Shown one piece after another: positions 1-8,823 of a stretch of 64,000 nucleotides of DNA. The first letter of the stretch is position 1, and each line of letters opens with the position of its first letter. Origin of the DNA: Myxococcota bacterium (GTDB taxonomy: Bacteria; Myxococcota_A; UBA9160; UBA6930). The stretch lies in contig OZ245015.1 of assembly GCA_965223705.1 (NCBI GenBank), forward strand, positions 2,880,001 to 2,944,000, read 5' to 3'. A model generated the notes under the pieces. It did not search any database. It worked only from the letters and a program-made list of their open reading frames with translations, and had not been told where the DNA came from. Position numbers and translations under genes: made by a program.

Positions 1-573
1 GCGCCCGCCATTCGCGGCCCGGTCCAGGCGACCGAGGCCGGCGCCGCTCAGGCGGGCCCTCGCCAAGTCGCGAATGGCGCCACCGTCGGGCGGGATAACC
101 TGGCCGCGTTGGGTACGGGGTCATCGGTCCGAGACGGCATCGCCTCGAATCGCGACGTCCTGGGGAGCAAGACCGGCGTTCGCGCACAAGTGAACTGGGC
201 CGTGGGCGACGGAAACCTCCGCGGAACAGGTGGCGATGGCACCGGGCCCGGCGGCATCACCTGGTCGGACTGCATCGCGCGCCCCGAAGTGCGCGCCTAC
301 ATGGAGCGCATCCGCGCGCGCGTGATGGCGCGTTGGTCGCTCCCGCCTTCGACGCGCGGCAACCAATCCGTGAAGCTCCGTTTCACCCTCGACCGCGCGG
401 GGAGTGCCAGCGCCGTCGGCGTGGTTCAGTCCGAGGATCCGCTGCTCGGGCAAAGCGCCCAGGCCGCGCTCCGGTCGGCCTCTCCCTTTGATCACATGCC
501 GGAACGGGTGCGCTGCTTGGCTGGCCAACCGATCTCCGCGACGTTCCGCAATCCCACCGTTGCGAACCGCTAG
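1..573 (+). CDS. TonB/TolA C-terminal domain protein (5' truncated by window edge)
   Basis: Frame is open from base 1. A Gly/Ala-rich linker is followed by YMERIRARVMARWSLP..VKLRFTLDRAG..LLGQSAQAALRSASPF, typical of TonB_2/TolA C-terminal domains. Confidence 0.75.
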   Translation, partial: APAIRGPVQATEAGAAQAGPRQVANGATVGRDNLAALGTGSSVRDGIASNRDVLGSKTGVRAQVNWAVGDGNLRGTGGDGTGPGGITWSDCIARPEVRAYMERIRARVMARWSLPPSTRGNQSVKLRFTLDRAGSASAVGVVQSEDPLLGQSAQAALRSASPFDHMPERVRCLAGQPISATFRNPTVANR

Positions 574-3500
574 CGCAGCACTCCTAGCGCTCCTTCTCCT
601 GCTCCCGGCTTCGCTCGCGGTGGCACAGGGCAAGCCCGCTCGCAGGAAGCCGACGGTTCTCCTCTACGACGACAACGAGGCGCTGAAGGAAAAACGCTCC
701 GACACGAACGCCGACGGAGCGTTCGACGAGTGGGTGCACTACCGAAACGGGAAGCCCAAGCGCGCGGAGCAGGATTCGGACTTCGACGGGGCCATCGACG
801 TCTGGCTCCAGTACGACGCGGAAGGACAACCGGAGCGCCAAGAGCGCGACACCAACGCCGATACCCGCGCCGATCAGTGGATCTCCTTTCGCGACGGGAG
901 GCCCGAGCACCAAGAAGACGATCACGATTACGACGGCAAGCCGGACGTCGAGATCCACTACGAAGAGGGTCTCCCGTCTCGGCGCGAAGAAGACTCCGAC
1001 CTCGACGGCAAGCGAGATCGCTGGATCGTCTACCGAGACGGAGAACCCGAGACGATCGAAGAGGATCATTCCGGGGACGGCAAGCCCGACCTGCGGGCGG
1101 AATTCCTACCCGGTGGCAACAAGTCCCGCGAGTTCCAGGACACGGACGCGAACGGTCGCTTCGATGTCACGATCTTTTTCGAGAACGGCAAGCGCGCGCG
1201 CGTCGAAGAGGATACGCGCGACGACGGCAAGCCCGACATCGTCACGTTCTACGAGGCCGACAAAATCGTCCGGCGCGAGGCCGATACGACCGCGGACGGA
1301 CGGTTCGACACGGTGTCGATCTACGAGAACGGCAACGAGCGGCGCCAAACCCGCGACCCCGACGGAGACGGCAAACCGAACGCCATCGTGCTCTTCCTGG
1401 CGAACGGCGATCGGGAGCACGAATCCTTCGACACCACGAACGACGGCAAGCTCGATCTCGAACGCAGCTACACGAACGGTCGAAAAACGCTCGAAGAGCA
1501 GGATCAGAACGGCGATGGCGAGCCGGACCTCGTGACGACCTTCTCGGGTGAGACACCCCTCCGGAGCGAGGCCGACAGCAACTTGGACGGTCGCAAGGAT
1601 ACCTTCGTCGACTACCGAGACGGATTGCGACACCACCAGGAAGAGGACCAAAACCACGACGGCACCGTCGATGTCGCGTTCGACTACGAAGCGGATGGCG
1701 AAATGCTCCGCCTCGAGCAACGCGACGCCGATTTCGACGGCCGGTTCGAGACCGCCGTCATCTATTCTCTGGGAGAGATCCTGCGCAAGGAGATCGATCG
1801 CGCCGGGACCGGCGTTCCCGATCGCATCGAGCACTGGGGCGAAGGCGTGGTCCAGTACGTCGAACTCGACGAAGACGGCGACGGCAAGAAGGAGCTGCGC
1901 AACTACTTCGACGCCAAGGGCCGGCTCGAAAAACAGGAACAGGACACGAACGGCGACGAGAAAACCGACACGTGGATCACGCGCGACGTGGAAACCGACA
2001 CCGAAGAGCGGATTCTCCTCGATCGCAACTTCGACGGCGAGGTCGATTCCTGGCGAGACCACGACACGAAGGGTCAGACGACCCAGTTGCAAGAAGACAA
2101 CGACTACGACGGCACCGTCGATCGCGTCGTCGCCTTCAGGGACGGTCGGCCGGCGACCTTCGAACAAGATTCCGACGGCGACGGACGCATCGACCGCCGC
2201 GGCTCCCTCGACGCCACCGGAAAGGTCGCCGTGGAGGAACGGGCCACCGGAGACGGCGCGGCGTTCGACGTGAAGGTCGCCTTCGAAGACGGCGAGAAGG
2301 TCCGGGAAGAAAAGGACACGACCGGCGACGGCAAGGCGGACATCGTGACCACGTTTTCGGGGGACCAACCCGCGACGCAGCGCCAGGACACCACGGGCGA
2401 CGGCCAGCTCGACACCTACATCATTTTCGCCGCGGGCGTGCGGCAGGAACAACAGCGGGACACGACCGGCGACGGCTCGTTCGACCAGTTGGTGTACTAC
2501 GACGACAAAGGGGAGACCGAGCGCGAAGAGGTCGACGGCAACAGCGACGGCGAGATCGACTTCAAACGCTTCTACAGCGGCGGCGTCGTAGCGCGCGAAG
2601 AACAGGATCGGGATTTCGACGGCACGTTCGAGCTGTCGACACGCTTCGAAAACGGTGCCCCCGCACGTACGGAAGAGGACCTAAACAACGACGGGAAACA
2701 AGACGTCACCATTGAGTACACCGACGGCAAGAAGCGCCTGCAGACGGAAGATCGCAACACTGACGGCCGCGTCGATGTCGTCACGCGGTTCGGTCCGGAC
2801 GAGAAGCCGATCGAAATCGAAGAGGACACCGACGGCGACGGCGAGCGCGAGACGGTGAGCACGTTGGAAGCCGGAGTCGTGGTCCGGACGGTGACCGACC
2901 GAAACGGAGACGGCCGCCCGGACGTGCGCGTCGCGTTCGAGGGCGGAAAAGCGGTACGCACGGAGCAGGATGACGACTTCGACGGAACCTTCGAAAAGCA
3001 GTTCACGGCGGCCAAGGGCGGCGGACAACAGCAAGAGCTCGATCAGAACGCCGACGGGAGGACCGATACCTGGGTTGTCGTCGACGATTCGGGGAACCTC
3101 CTCCGACGAGAAGAGGACAAGAACTTCGACGGCAAGCCGGACCTGATCGTCGAGTTCAAGGCCGGCAAGATTTCGCGCCTTCGCGAAGACACGCGTTTCG
3201 ACGGCTGCTACGACCTCGTGCAGATCTACGACAGCAAGGAGCGGGTATCGCGCCAACGCGAAGATCGAAATGGCGACTGCAAGATCGATTTGTGGTCGAG
3301 GTTCAAGGCCGGCGTCGCTACGTCCCAAGCGGAGGACGCGACAGGGGGCGGCAAGCCGACCTTGGTGGTCCGATTCGATGACTCGGGCAACATCGCCATC
3401 CAAGAGCAGACGACGAACGGCGGCAAGCGACCGGACACGAAGGTGTACTTCACCCCGGGAGGGGCCGTGCGGTCTCAGTGCGTCGACAGCGACGGGAACG

Positions 3501-3838
3501 GCACCTTCGATCTCCGGTATCGCTTCAAGGACGGCGCACCCTATGAGGGCCTGATCGACGTCGACGGCGATGGCCAGGGGGATCAGCGCCAGGTCTTCAG
3601 CGGCCCGGCGGTGGTTCGGCTCGAGATCGACACGAATCGAGACGCGCGCCCCGATGTCGTTCAATACCTCGAAGGCGAACAGGTCGCGCGCCAGTGCCAG
3701 GATGACGACTACGACGGCACCCTCGATGCCTGCTTCACCGGCCAGACGCCGACCGAGCTCGGCGGCGACCGAGCGACGGGGCAAGCCCTCGACGCGTTGG
3801 GCTGTGGCGGCTTCGATCCTCTGTGGAAAGAGCTCTAG
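560..3838 (+). CDS. Large secreted repeat protein with ~42 tandem 23-25 aa Dx[DN]xDG-containing repeats
   Basis: Within ORF 404..3838. TTG at 560 gives a signal peptide (LRTASAALLALLLLLPASLAVA). Repeats resemble E-D-x-D-x-D-G-x-x-D-x4-[YF]-x-x-G, and six Cys lie near the C-terminus. Confidence 0.85.
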   Translation: MRTASAALLALLLLLPASLAVAQGKPARRKPTVLLYDDNEALKEKRSDTNADGAFDEWVHYRNGKPKRAEQDSDFDGAIDVWLQYDAEGQPERQERDTNADTRADQWISFRDGRPEHQEDDHDYDGKPDVEIHYEEGLPSRREEDSDLDGKRDRWIVYRDGEPETIEEDHSGDGKPDLRAEFLPGGNKSREFQDTDANGRFDVTIFFENGKRARVEEDTRDDGKPDIVTFYEADKIVRREADTTADGRFDTVSIYENGNERRQTRDPDGDGKPNAIVLFLANGDREHESFDTTNDGKLDLERSYTNGRKTLEEQDQNGDGEPDLVTTFSGETPLRSEADSNLDGRKDTFVDYRDGLRHHQEEDQNHDGTVDVAFDYEADGEMLRLEQRDADFDGRFETAVIYSLGEILRKEIDRAGTGVPDRIEHWGEGVVQYVELDEDGDGKKELRNYFDAKGRLEKQEQDTNGDEKTDTWITRDVETDTEERILLDRNFDGEVDSWRDHDTKGQTTQLQEDNDYDGTVDRVVAFRDGRPATFEQDSDGDGRIDRRGSLDATGKVAVEERATGDGAAFDVKVAFEDGEKVREEKDTTGDGKADIVTTFSGDQPATQRQDTTGDGQLDTYIIFAAGVRQEQQRDTTGDGSFDQLVYYDDKGETEREEVDGNSDGEIDFKRFYSGGVVAREEQDRDFDGTFELSTRFENGAPARTEEDLNNDGKQDVTIEYTDGKKRLQTEDRNTDGRVDVVTRFGPDEKPIEIEEDTDGDGERETVSTLEAGVVVRTVTDRNGDGRPDVRVAFEGGKAVRTEQDDDFDGTFEKQFTAAKGGGQQQELDQNADGRTDTWVVVDDSGNLLRREEDKNFDGKPDLIVEFKAGKISRLREDTRFDGCYDLVQIYDSKERVSRQREDRNGDCKIDLWSRFKAGVATSQAEDATGGGKPTLVVRFDDSGNIAIQEQTTNGGKRPDTKVYFTPGGAVRSQCVDSDGNGTFDLRYRFKDGAPYEGLIDVDGDGQGDQRQVFSGPAVVRLEIDTNRDARPDVVQYLEGEQVARQCQDDDYDGTLDACFTGQTPTELGGDRATGQALDALGCGGFDPLWKEL

Positions 3839-3961
3839 TGTCGTAAGTGGCCGCCATTCGGTCGCCGATCCCCACCCGTTTCCGTCCGACAAACCCGTCT
3901 CCGCGCGCGAGAAGGTCGGTACGCGTGTTGCACTCACCACCCGCGAAAGCGAGGACGAGCG

Positions 3962-4927
3962 ATGAGTGATCGAGCGGATTTCTATGGCGTGGTGGGTGCG
4001 AGCCCGTCGATGCGGGCCCTGTTTCGGGAGGCGCGGCTTGCCCAAGCTTCGGATGCGACGGTGCTGCTTCGCGGCGAAACGGGAACCGGAAAAGAACGGT
4101 TGGCCCGCGCGCTCCACCGGGGGAGCCGAAGGCGGCACAATCCGTTCGTCGCCGTCAACTGCGCGGCCTTCGCGGAAGGACTTCTCGAAAGCGAGTTGTT
4201 CGGACATTGTCGGGGCGCATTCAGTGGCGCGCTCCGGGATAAGCCCGGCCTCGTGGAACTCGCGGGAGGCGGGACGCTCTTTCTCGACGAGATCGGAGAG
4301 ACGTCGCCGGGACTCCAGGTCAAGCTCCTGCGCGTCCTTCAGGAGCGGCGTATCCGGCGGGTCGGCGGCCTCGAAGAACACCCCGTCGACGTTCGCGTCG
4401 TCGCGGCCACGAACCGCGACCTGCGCGAGGCGATTCGTACCGGCGCTTTCCGAGAAGACCTCTACTACCGCTTGGCCGTGATCGAGCTCGACATCCCCCC
4501 GCTCCGAGAACGACGCGAGGACATCCCGATCCTCGTCGACCATTTTTTGGGCCTTCATCGGCGCCCGAAGACGGACGAGCTGGCCGAACTGACGCCCGAG
4601 GCGCTTTCGCTCCTCACGTCCCATCACTGGCCGGGGAACGTGCGAGAGCTCGAGAACGAGATCCAGCGGGCCGTCGCCATGGCACCACCCGATGAGCGGA
4701 TCGGACGCGAGTGGCTCTCGGCGAGGGTGAGGAGCGGTGTCGCTCCCGTCGTCGCCGAGACCCGCTGGGAAGTGGAGAGCCTTCGCGAGACCCTGCGACG
4801 CGTCGAGGCCTGGGTCATCCGTCAGGCCTTGCAACGCAACGGTGGGCACCGCACGCAAACCGCACGGGCCCTGGGGATCACGCGAGAGGGCCTCTACAAG
4901 AAAATGAAGCGCCTGGGGATCGCCTGA
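3962..4927 (+). CDS. Sigma-54-dependent Fis-family activator without an N-terminal sensory domain
   Basis: GETGTGKE, ESELFGHCRGAFSGA, LFLDEIGE, FREDLYYRL, WPGNVRELEN and a C-terminal HTH (TARALGITREGLYKKM). Confidence 0.92.
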   Translation: MSDRADFYGVVGASPSMRALFREARLAQASDATVLLRGETGTGKERLARALHRGSRRRHNPFVAVNCAAFAEGLLESELFGHCRGAFSGALRDKPGLVELAGGGTLFLDEIGETSPGLQVKLLRVLQERRIRRVGGLEEHPVDVRVVAATNRDLREAIRTGAFREDLYYRLAVIELDIPPLRERREDIPILVDHFLGLHRRPKTDELAELTPEALSLLTSHHWPGNVRELENEIQRAVAMAPPDERIGREWLSARVRSGVAPVVAETRWEVESLRETLRRVEAWVIRQALQRNGGHRTQTARALGITREGLYKKMKRLGIA

Positions 4928-4950
4928 CGGGCGGGTGACTAGTGCCCTGC

Positions 4951-4972
4951 CGCGGAAACGCTAGTTTCCGCG
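4951..4972 (+). promoter_or_regulatory. Perfect 9-bp stem hairpin immediately upstream of typA
   Basis: CGCGGAAAC-GCTA-GTTTCCGCG ends 4 nt before the GTG start. No U-tract follows. Confidence 0.35.
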
Positions 4973-4976
4973 CTCC

Positions 4977-6785
4977 GTGACGACTTCAACGTCTGTACAA
5001 CAACGCCGCAACGTCGCCATCATCGCTCACGTCGATCATGGCAAGACGACCTTGGTGGACGCCCTGCTCCGGCAGAGCGGGCTCTTCCGCGAGGGCCAGG
5101 AAGTCGTCGATCGGGTCATGGACTCGGAAGATCTCGAGCGCGAGCGCGGCATCACGATCGTCGCAAAGAACACGAGCATCGATTACAACGCGTATCGCAT
5201 CGCCCTGGTCGATACTCCAGGACACGCGGATTTCGGTGGCGAAGTCGAGCGCGTCTTGGGGATGGTCGACGGCGTGCTGCTTCTCGTCGATTCCGTCGAA
5301 GGCGTGATGCCGCAGACGCGATTCGTCGTCAGCAAAGCGCTCGAACACGGCTTGCAGCCGATCCTCGTAGTCAACAAGATCGATCGCCCCGAGGCGCGCT
5401 CCGAAGCCGTGGTCGATGAAGTGTTCGATCTGTTGGTCGAGCTCGGAGCGACGGACGAACAACTCGATTTTCCCGTCGTCTACGCCTCGGGCTCCCAAGG
5501 CACCGCCACCCTCGACTTGAGCGAACCCGCGAAAGACCTGCGTCCGCTCCTCGACACGTTGGTCGAAGCGATCCCCGCGCCGGATTGCTCCGAAGACGGT
5601 TCGTTGCAGTTTCAAGCGGTGACGCTCGGTTGGGACGCATTTCTCGGGCGCCTCATCATCGGTCGAGTCGAACGCGGCGTCCTGCGGCGCGGCGAAACCG
5701 TCGTGCGCGTTCGTGACGACGGGCCCGCCGAAAGCTTTCGCGTGAGTAAGCTCTTCGGAACAAAAGGCCTCGAGCGCGTCGAACTCGAGAACGCTCCCGC
5801 CGGCGAGATCGCGATCCTCGCCGGTCTCGACATCGTGGAGATCGGCGACACGATTTGCTCCGTCGGCGATCCCGATCCCCTCCCCCGGATCGCGATCGAT
5901 CCTCCCACCATCCGCGTTTCGTTCGCGGCGAACACGTCGCCCTTCGCCGGGCGCGACGGGCGATTCTTGACGAGCCGGCAAATCGGCGAGCGGCTCGAGC
6001 GCGAAGCGCTCGGCAATGTCTCGATTCAGATCGAAGCGACCGGCGAGCGCGAGCGCTTCTTGGTCGCCGCACGCGGCGAACTGCAAATCGCGATCCTGAT
6101 GGAGACGATGAGGCGCGAGGGATACGAGTTCAGCGTCTCGCGTCCGGAAATCATCGTGCGCGAAATCGACGGAAAGCGGTGCGAGCCCGTCGAAGACGTG
6201 GTGGTCGAAGTCCCGGAGAGCATGTCCGGCGTCGTGATGGACAAACTCTCCCTTCGGCGCGGCGTTCTCCATTCGATGGAGACGCGCGGCGATCGCACGA
6301 GGCTCCACTTCAGTGTCCCGAGCCGCGGCCTGTTCGGCTATCGGGGCGTCTTTTTATCGGACACCCGCGGCGAGGGGGTCCTCTACCGCACCGTACGCGG
6401 CTACGAACCGTTCTCCTCGGAGCTACCGGGGCGGCCGGTCGGCGCCATCGTTGCCACCGAGGCGGGGGTCGCGACGCCGTACGCGATCTTCAACATCCAA
6501 GAACGCTCCACCCTCTTTATTCCCCCCGGAGACCCCGTCTACGAAGGACAGGTCGTTGGGGAAAACCGGCGGTCGGGCGATCTCAATGTGAACGTCTGCC
6601 GCGCGAAGAAGCTCACGAACGTCCGGGCGGCGGGAAAAGACGACAATACGCTGATAACGCCGCATCGCGCACTCACCCTGGAGCGCGCGCTCGAATGGAT
6701 CGAAGACGACGAGCTGCTCGAAGTCACGCCGAAAGCCATTCGGCTCCGCAAGAAAACTCTCGAGGCGAATCGCCGCAAACGCTAA
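4977..6785 (+). CDS. typA: Translational GTPase TypA/BipA
   Basis: [62 protein letters not shown]. Confidence 0.97.
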   Translation: MTTSTSVQQRRNVAIIAHVDHGKTTLVDALLRQSGLFREGQEVVDRVMDSEDLERERGITIVAKNTSIDYNAYRIALVDTPGHADFGGEVERVLGMVDGVLLLVDSVEGVMPQTRFVVSKALEHGLQPILVVNKIDRPEARSEAVVDEVFDLLVELGATDEQLDFPVVYASGSQGTATLDLSEPAKDLRPLLDTLVEAIPAPDCSEDGSLQFQAVTLGWDAFLGRLIIGRVERGVLRRGETVVRVRDDGPAESFRVSKLFGTKGLERVELENAPAGEIAILAGLDIVEIGDTICSVGDPDPLPRIAIDPPTIRVSFAANTSPFAGRDGRFLTSRQIGERLEREALGNVSIQIEATGERERFLVAARGELQIAILMETMRREGYEFSVSRPEIIVREIDGKRCEPVEDVVVEVPESMSGVVMDKLSLRRGVLHSMETRGDRTRLHFSVPSRGLFGYRGVFLSDTRGEGVLYRTVRGYEPFSSELPGRPVGAIVATEAGVATPYAIFNIQERSTLFIPPGDPVYEGQVVGENRRSGDLNVNVCRAKKLTNVRAAGKDDNTLITPHRALTLERALEWIEDDELLEVTPKAIRLRKKTLEANRRKR

Positions 6786-6791
6786 AGCCGC

Positions 6792-7205
6792 GTGCCTCCG
6801 GTTGTCGATACGAAAGGCGACACCGGGGGAAGTGTGGACGAGCTTTCGGAAATTGCGAGCGAGGCACCACTCGCGGACCTCATGGATTTCGCATTCGAAA
6901 ACGGCGTGGACCGCATCCATTTCCGCACGGGTTCGCTTCCGCTTCTCGCGTGGCACGGCGTCGCTCGGCAGGTGAACACCCGACCATTGCGGGCCGAGGA
7001 CACCGAATCGATTGCGGGCGTTCTGCTCGACTGGGCACGCGTTCCGCCCAAGTTGTCCGCCGCGCGCGAGGAAGGTGCACGCGCGTTGTCTTTTCTCTGC
7101 GATCCCCCATGTGAAGGCGGACTGCTTCACGTAGCGGTGTGCCGCGAGGAATGCGGGCTCGCTCTGTCGATCGATGTCGTGCGGCCGCTACCCGAAGCCT
7201 ACTAA
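6792..7205 (+). CDS. Hypothetical protein resembling an isolated PilT/PilU N-terminal domain
   Basis: LMDFAFENGVDRIHFRTGSLPLLAWHG..NTRPLRAEDTESIA parallels the PilT N-terminus (..ASDLHLxxGxPPxxRxDG..PLxxE). No Walker motifs. Confidence 0.5.
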   Translation: MPPVVDTKGDTGGSVDELSEIASEAPLADLMDFAFENGVDRIHFRTGSLPLLAWHGVARQVNTRPLRAEDTESIAGVLLDWARVPPKLSAAREEGARALSFLCDPPCEGGLLHVAVCREECGLALSIDVVRPLPEAY

Positions 7206-7900
7206 AGGCTGACTTCGAGCTCTGCTCGAAGGAACGCGAGCATTCTCGACCAGGCTCGCGCTGCGGCGGACGCGTCGTATACGTCGGGGCGCGACTCGTT
7301 CATGAAGGCGTGGGATACATCGGGATAGATCTCGACGGCGTGGTGAACGCCTGCGTCGCGCCATGTGCTTTCGAGTGTGCGCACGGCTTTCGGCGGCACG
7401 AACTCGTCATTCTCCGCGAAGATTCCGAGTACCCGCGTCTCGTTTTCGCGTAGCGCCGTCGCATCGACCGACACCGCCGGATGGATCCCGTAGAAATCCA
7501 CGACGGCGCGCACGCGCGGATCGAAGCTCGCCGCGTAGAGCGCCAGTTGCCCGCCCATGCAGAAGCCGACGGCCGCGACGCGAGAGCCGCGAACGGCGTG
7601 ATGGTTCTGGAGCGCCGTCGTCGCGGCTTGAAGATCTTCGCCGGCGCGTGGAATTTCGAGATCCATCATCAGCCGACTCGCCCGATCGGGATCATCGGTT
7701 CGCTCGCCGTGATAGAGGTCGGGTGCCAGCGCGACAAACCCTTCGCGCGCAAACCGGTCGCAGATATCGACCACGGAGTCGACGAGCCCCCACCATTCCG
7801 AGAGCACGACGACACCGTACCCGTCAGCACCGGCGGGCTCCGCCAGGTACCCCTGGGCGTCGCCGCGAGGCGTCGCGAACGCGAAGTTCCCAACGCTCAC
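7202..7900 (-). CDS. Dienelactone hydrolase family protein
   Basis: EWWGL, GFVALAPDLYHG, GFCMGG nucleophile motif, HAFMN. Confidence 0.93.
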   Translation of the reverse strand: MSVGNFAFATPRGDAQGYLAEPAGADGYGVVVLSEWWGLVDSVVDICDRFAREGFVALAPDLYHGERTDDPDRASRLMMDLEIPRAGEDLQAATTALQNHHAVRGSRVAAVGFCMGGQLALYAASFDPRVRAVVDFYGIHPAVSVDATALRENETRVLGIFAENDEFVPPKAVRTLESTWRDAGVHHAVEIYPDVSHAFMNESRPDVYDASAAARAWSRMLAFLRAELEVSL

Positions 7901-7939
7901 GGTTCGATTCCGCGAAAGGCTCGGACGATCACCATGCGA

Positions 7940-8809
7940 TCAGTCGAGCCCGCCGCCGCCCATGTCCGGATCCATCGGCGGCATCGGAGGCATGGGGGGC
8001 ATCGGCGGTGCGACGGGCGGCGGCATCAGTGCCGGCTGCTGCGATCCCATGCACCCCGATCCCGGATCATCGCAAGCGTCGCGCTGTAGCGACGCGATAT
8101 CGAGGGGGCCGGGGAAGGCCGGCATGGCAGCGCCAATGGCGGCGACGTCAGCCGGCGTGAAGTGCTCGGTGAGATCGGCGAGCGCGAAGTCCCCCGGATT
8201 CATCTGGCATCGATCCATGCCCGCGAGATCGATTCGCCGTGCGTGGGCAGGGGCGCGGTAGAGCCGCTCGCGCGCCTTTGCAACCACGCAGTCGCCCGGT
8301 TCGATGCCCATCGTCTCGCGATTTCGGGCGACGGAGAGGGGCTCGTCCCATTCGCAGACCATGGCGTAGAGACCCGCTTTTTCCGAGATGCGGTGCGCCT
8401 CGGTGTCGTTGCCGTCGACTTTTGCCAGTACGGTTCCCGCGCGCAGGAGGCTCGGCGCCCCCGATTCGGCCGAGTCGAGCACCCGGGCGCTGCCCTCCTC
8501 GAGGTCGAGGGAGAACGCCCCGTCGGCAGTCTGGCCGACCCGCGCCTTCGTGGTCGAAGCCAGCTGGGTGTACACGTCGTTCGAGAGAATGCCGATCTGG
8601 CTGCCGGCACCGGTCTTCACGGTTTCGCCCGCTGCCAGCGCGTCTCCGCACGACAGACTGCGGATGCTTCCATCGGTTCCGACGGCGCGCGCGTTACCGA
8701 CCAGGCCAGCGACGACGCCGGCGGGTTCGGCAGAGGCGGCTCCGGAGACCATGGCGCTCGCCAACAAGAGGATCAGAGACGAGCGAGTTCGGTTGAGGGG
8801 TCGTGACAT
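7940..8809 (-). CDS. Secreted FecR-domain protein with Met/Pro-rich C-terminal tail
   Basis: ATG at 8809 with an AAGGAG RBS and a signal peptide. AGVVAGLVGNA..LSCGDALAAGETVKTGAGS..LDLEEGSARV is FecR-like. Confidence 0.75.
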   Translation of the reverse strand: MSRPLNRTRSSLILLLASAMVSGAASAEPAGVVAGLVGNARAVGTDGSIRSLSCGDALAAGETVKTGAGSQIGILSNDVYTQLASTTKARVGQTADGAFSLDLEEGSARVLDSAESGAPSLLRAGTVLAKVDGNDTEAHRISEKAGLYAMVCEWDEPLSVARNRETMGIEPGDCVVAKARERLYRAPAHARRIDLAGMDRCQMNPGDFALADLTEHFTPADVAAIGAAMPAFPGPLDIASLQRDACDDPGSGCMGSQQPALMPPPVAPPMPPMPPMPPMDPDMGGGGLD

Positions 8810-8823
8810 GGGTGCTCCTTGAG

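Noticed and set aside
560..3838. Repeat protein as an RHS toxin or DNA repeat array
   Set aside because: No PxxxxDPxG cleavage motif, toxin tip or immunity gene. The repeats are degenerate at the DNA level, so it is not CRISPR-like.
2681..4858. Long antisense and alternate-frame ORFs (e.g. 2681..4858 -, 10807..12339 -, 20563..21906 +, most of 42900..45002 +)
   Set aside because: Shadow ORFs of well-supported genes in high-GC DNA, with no recognisable motifs.
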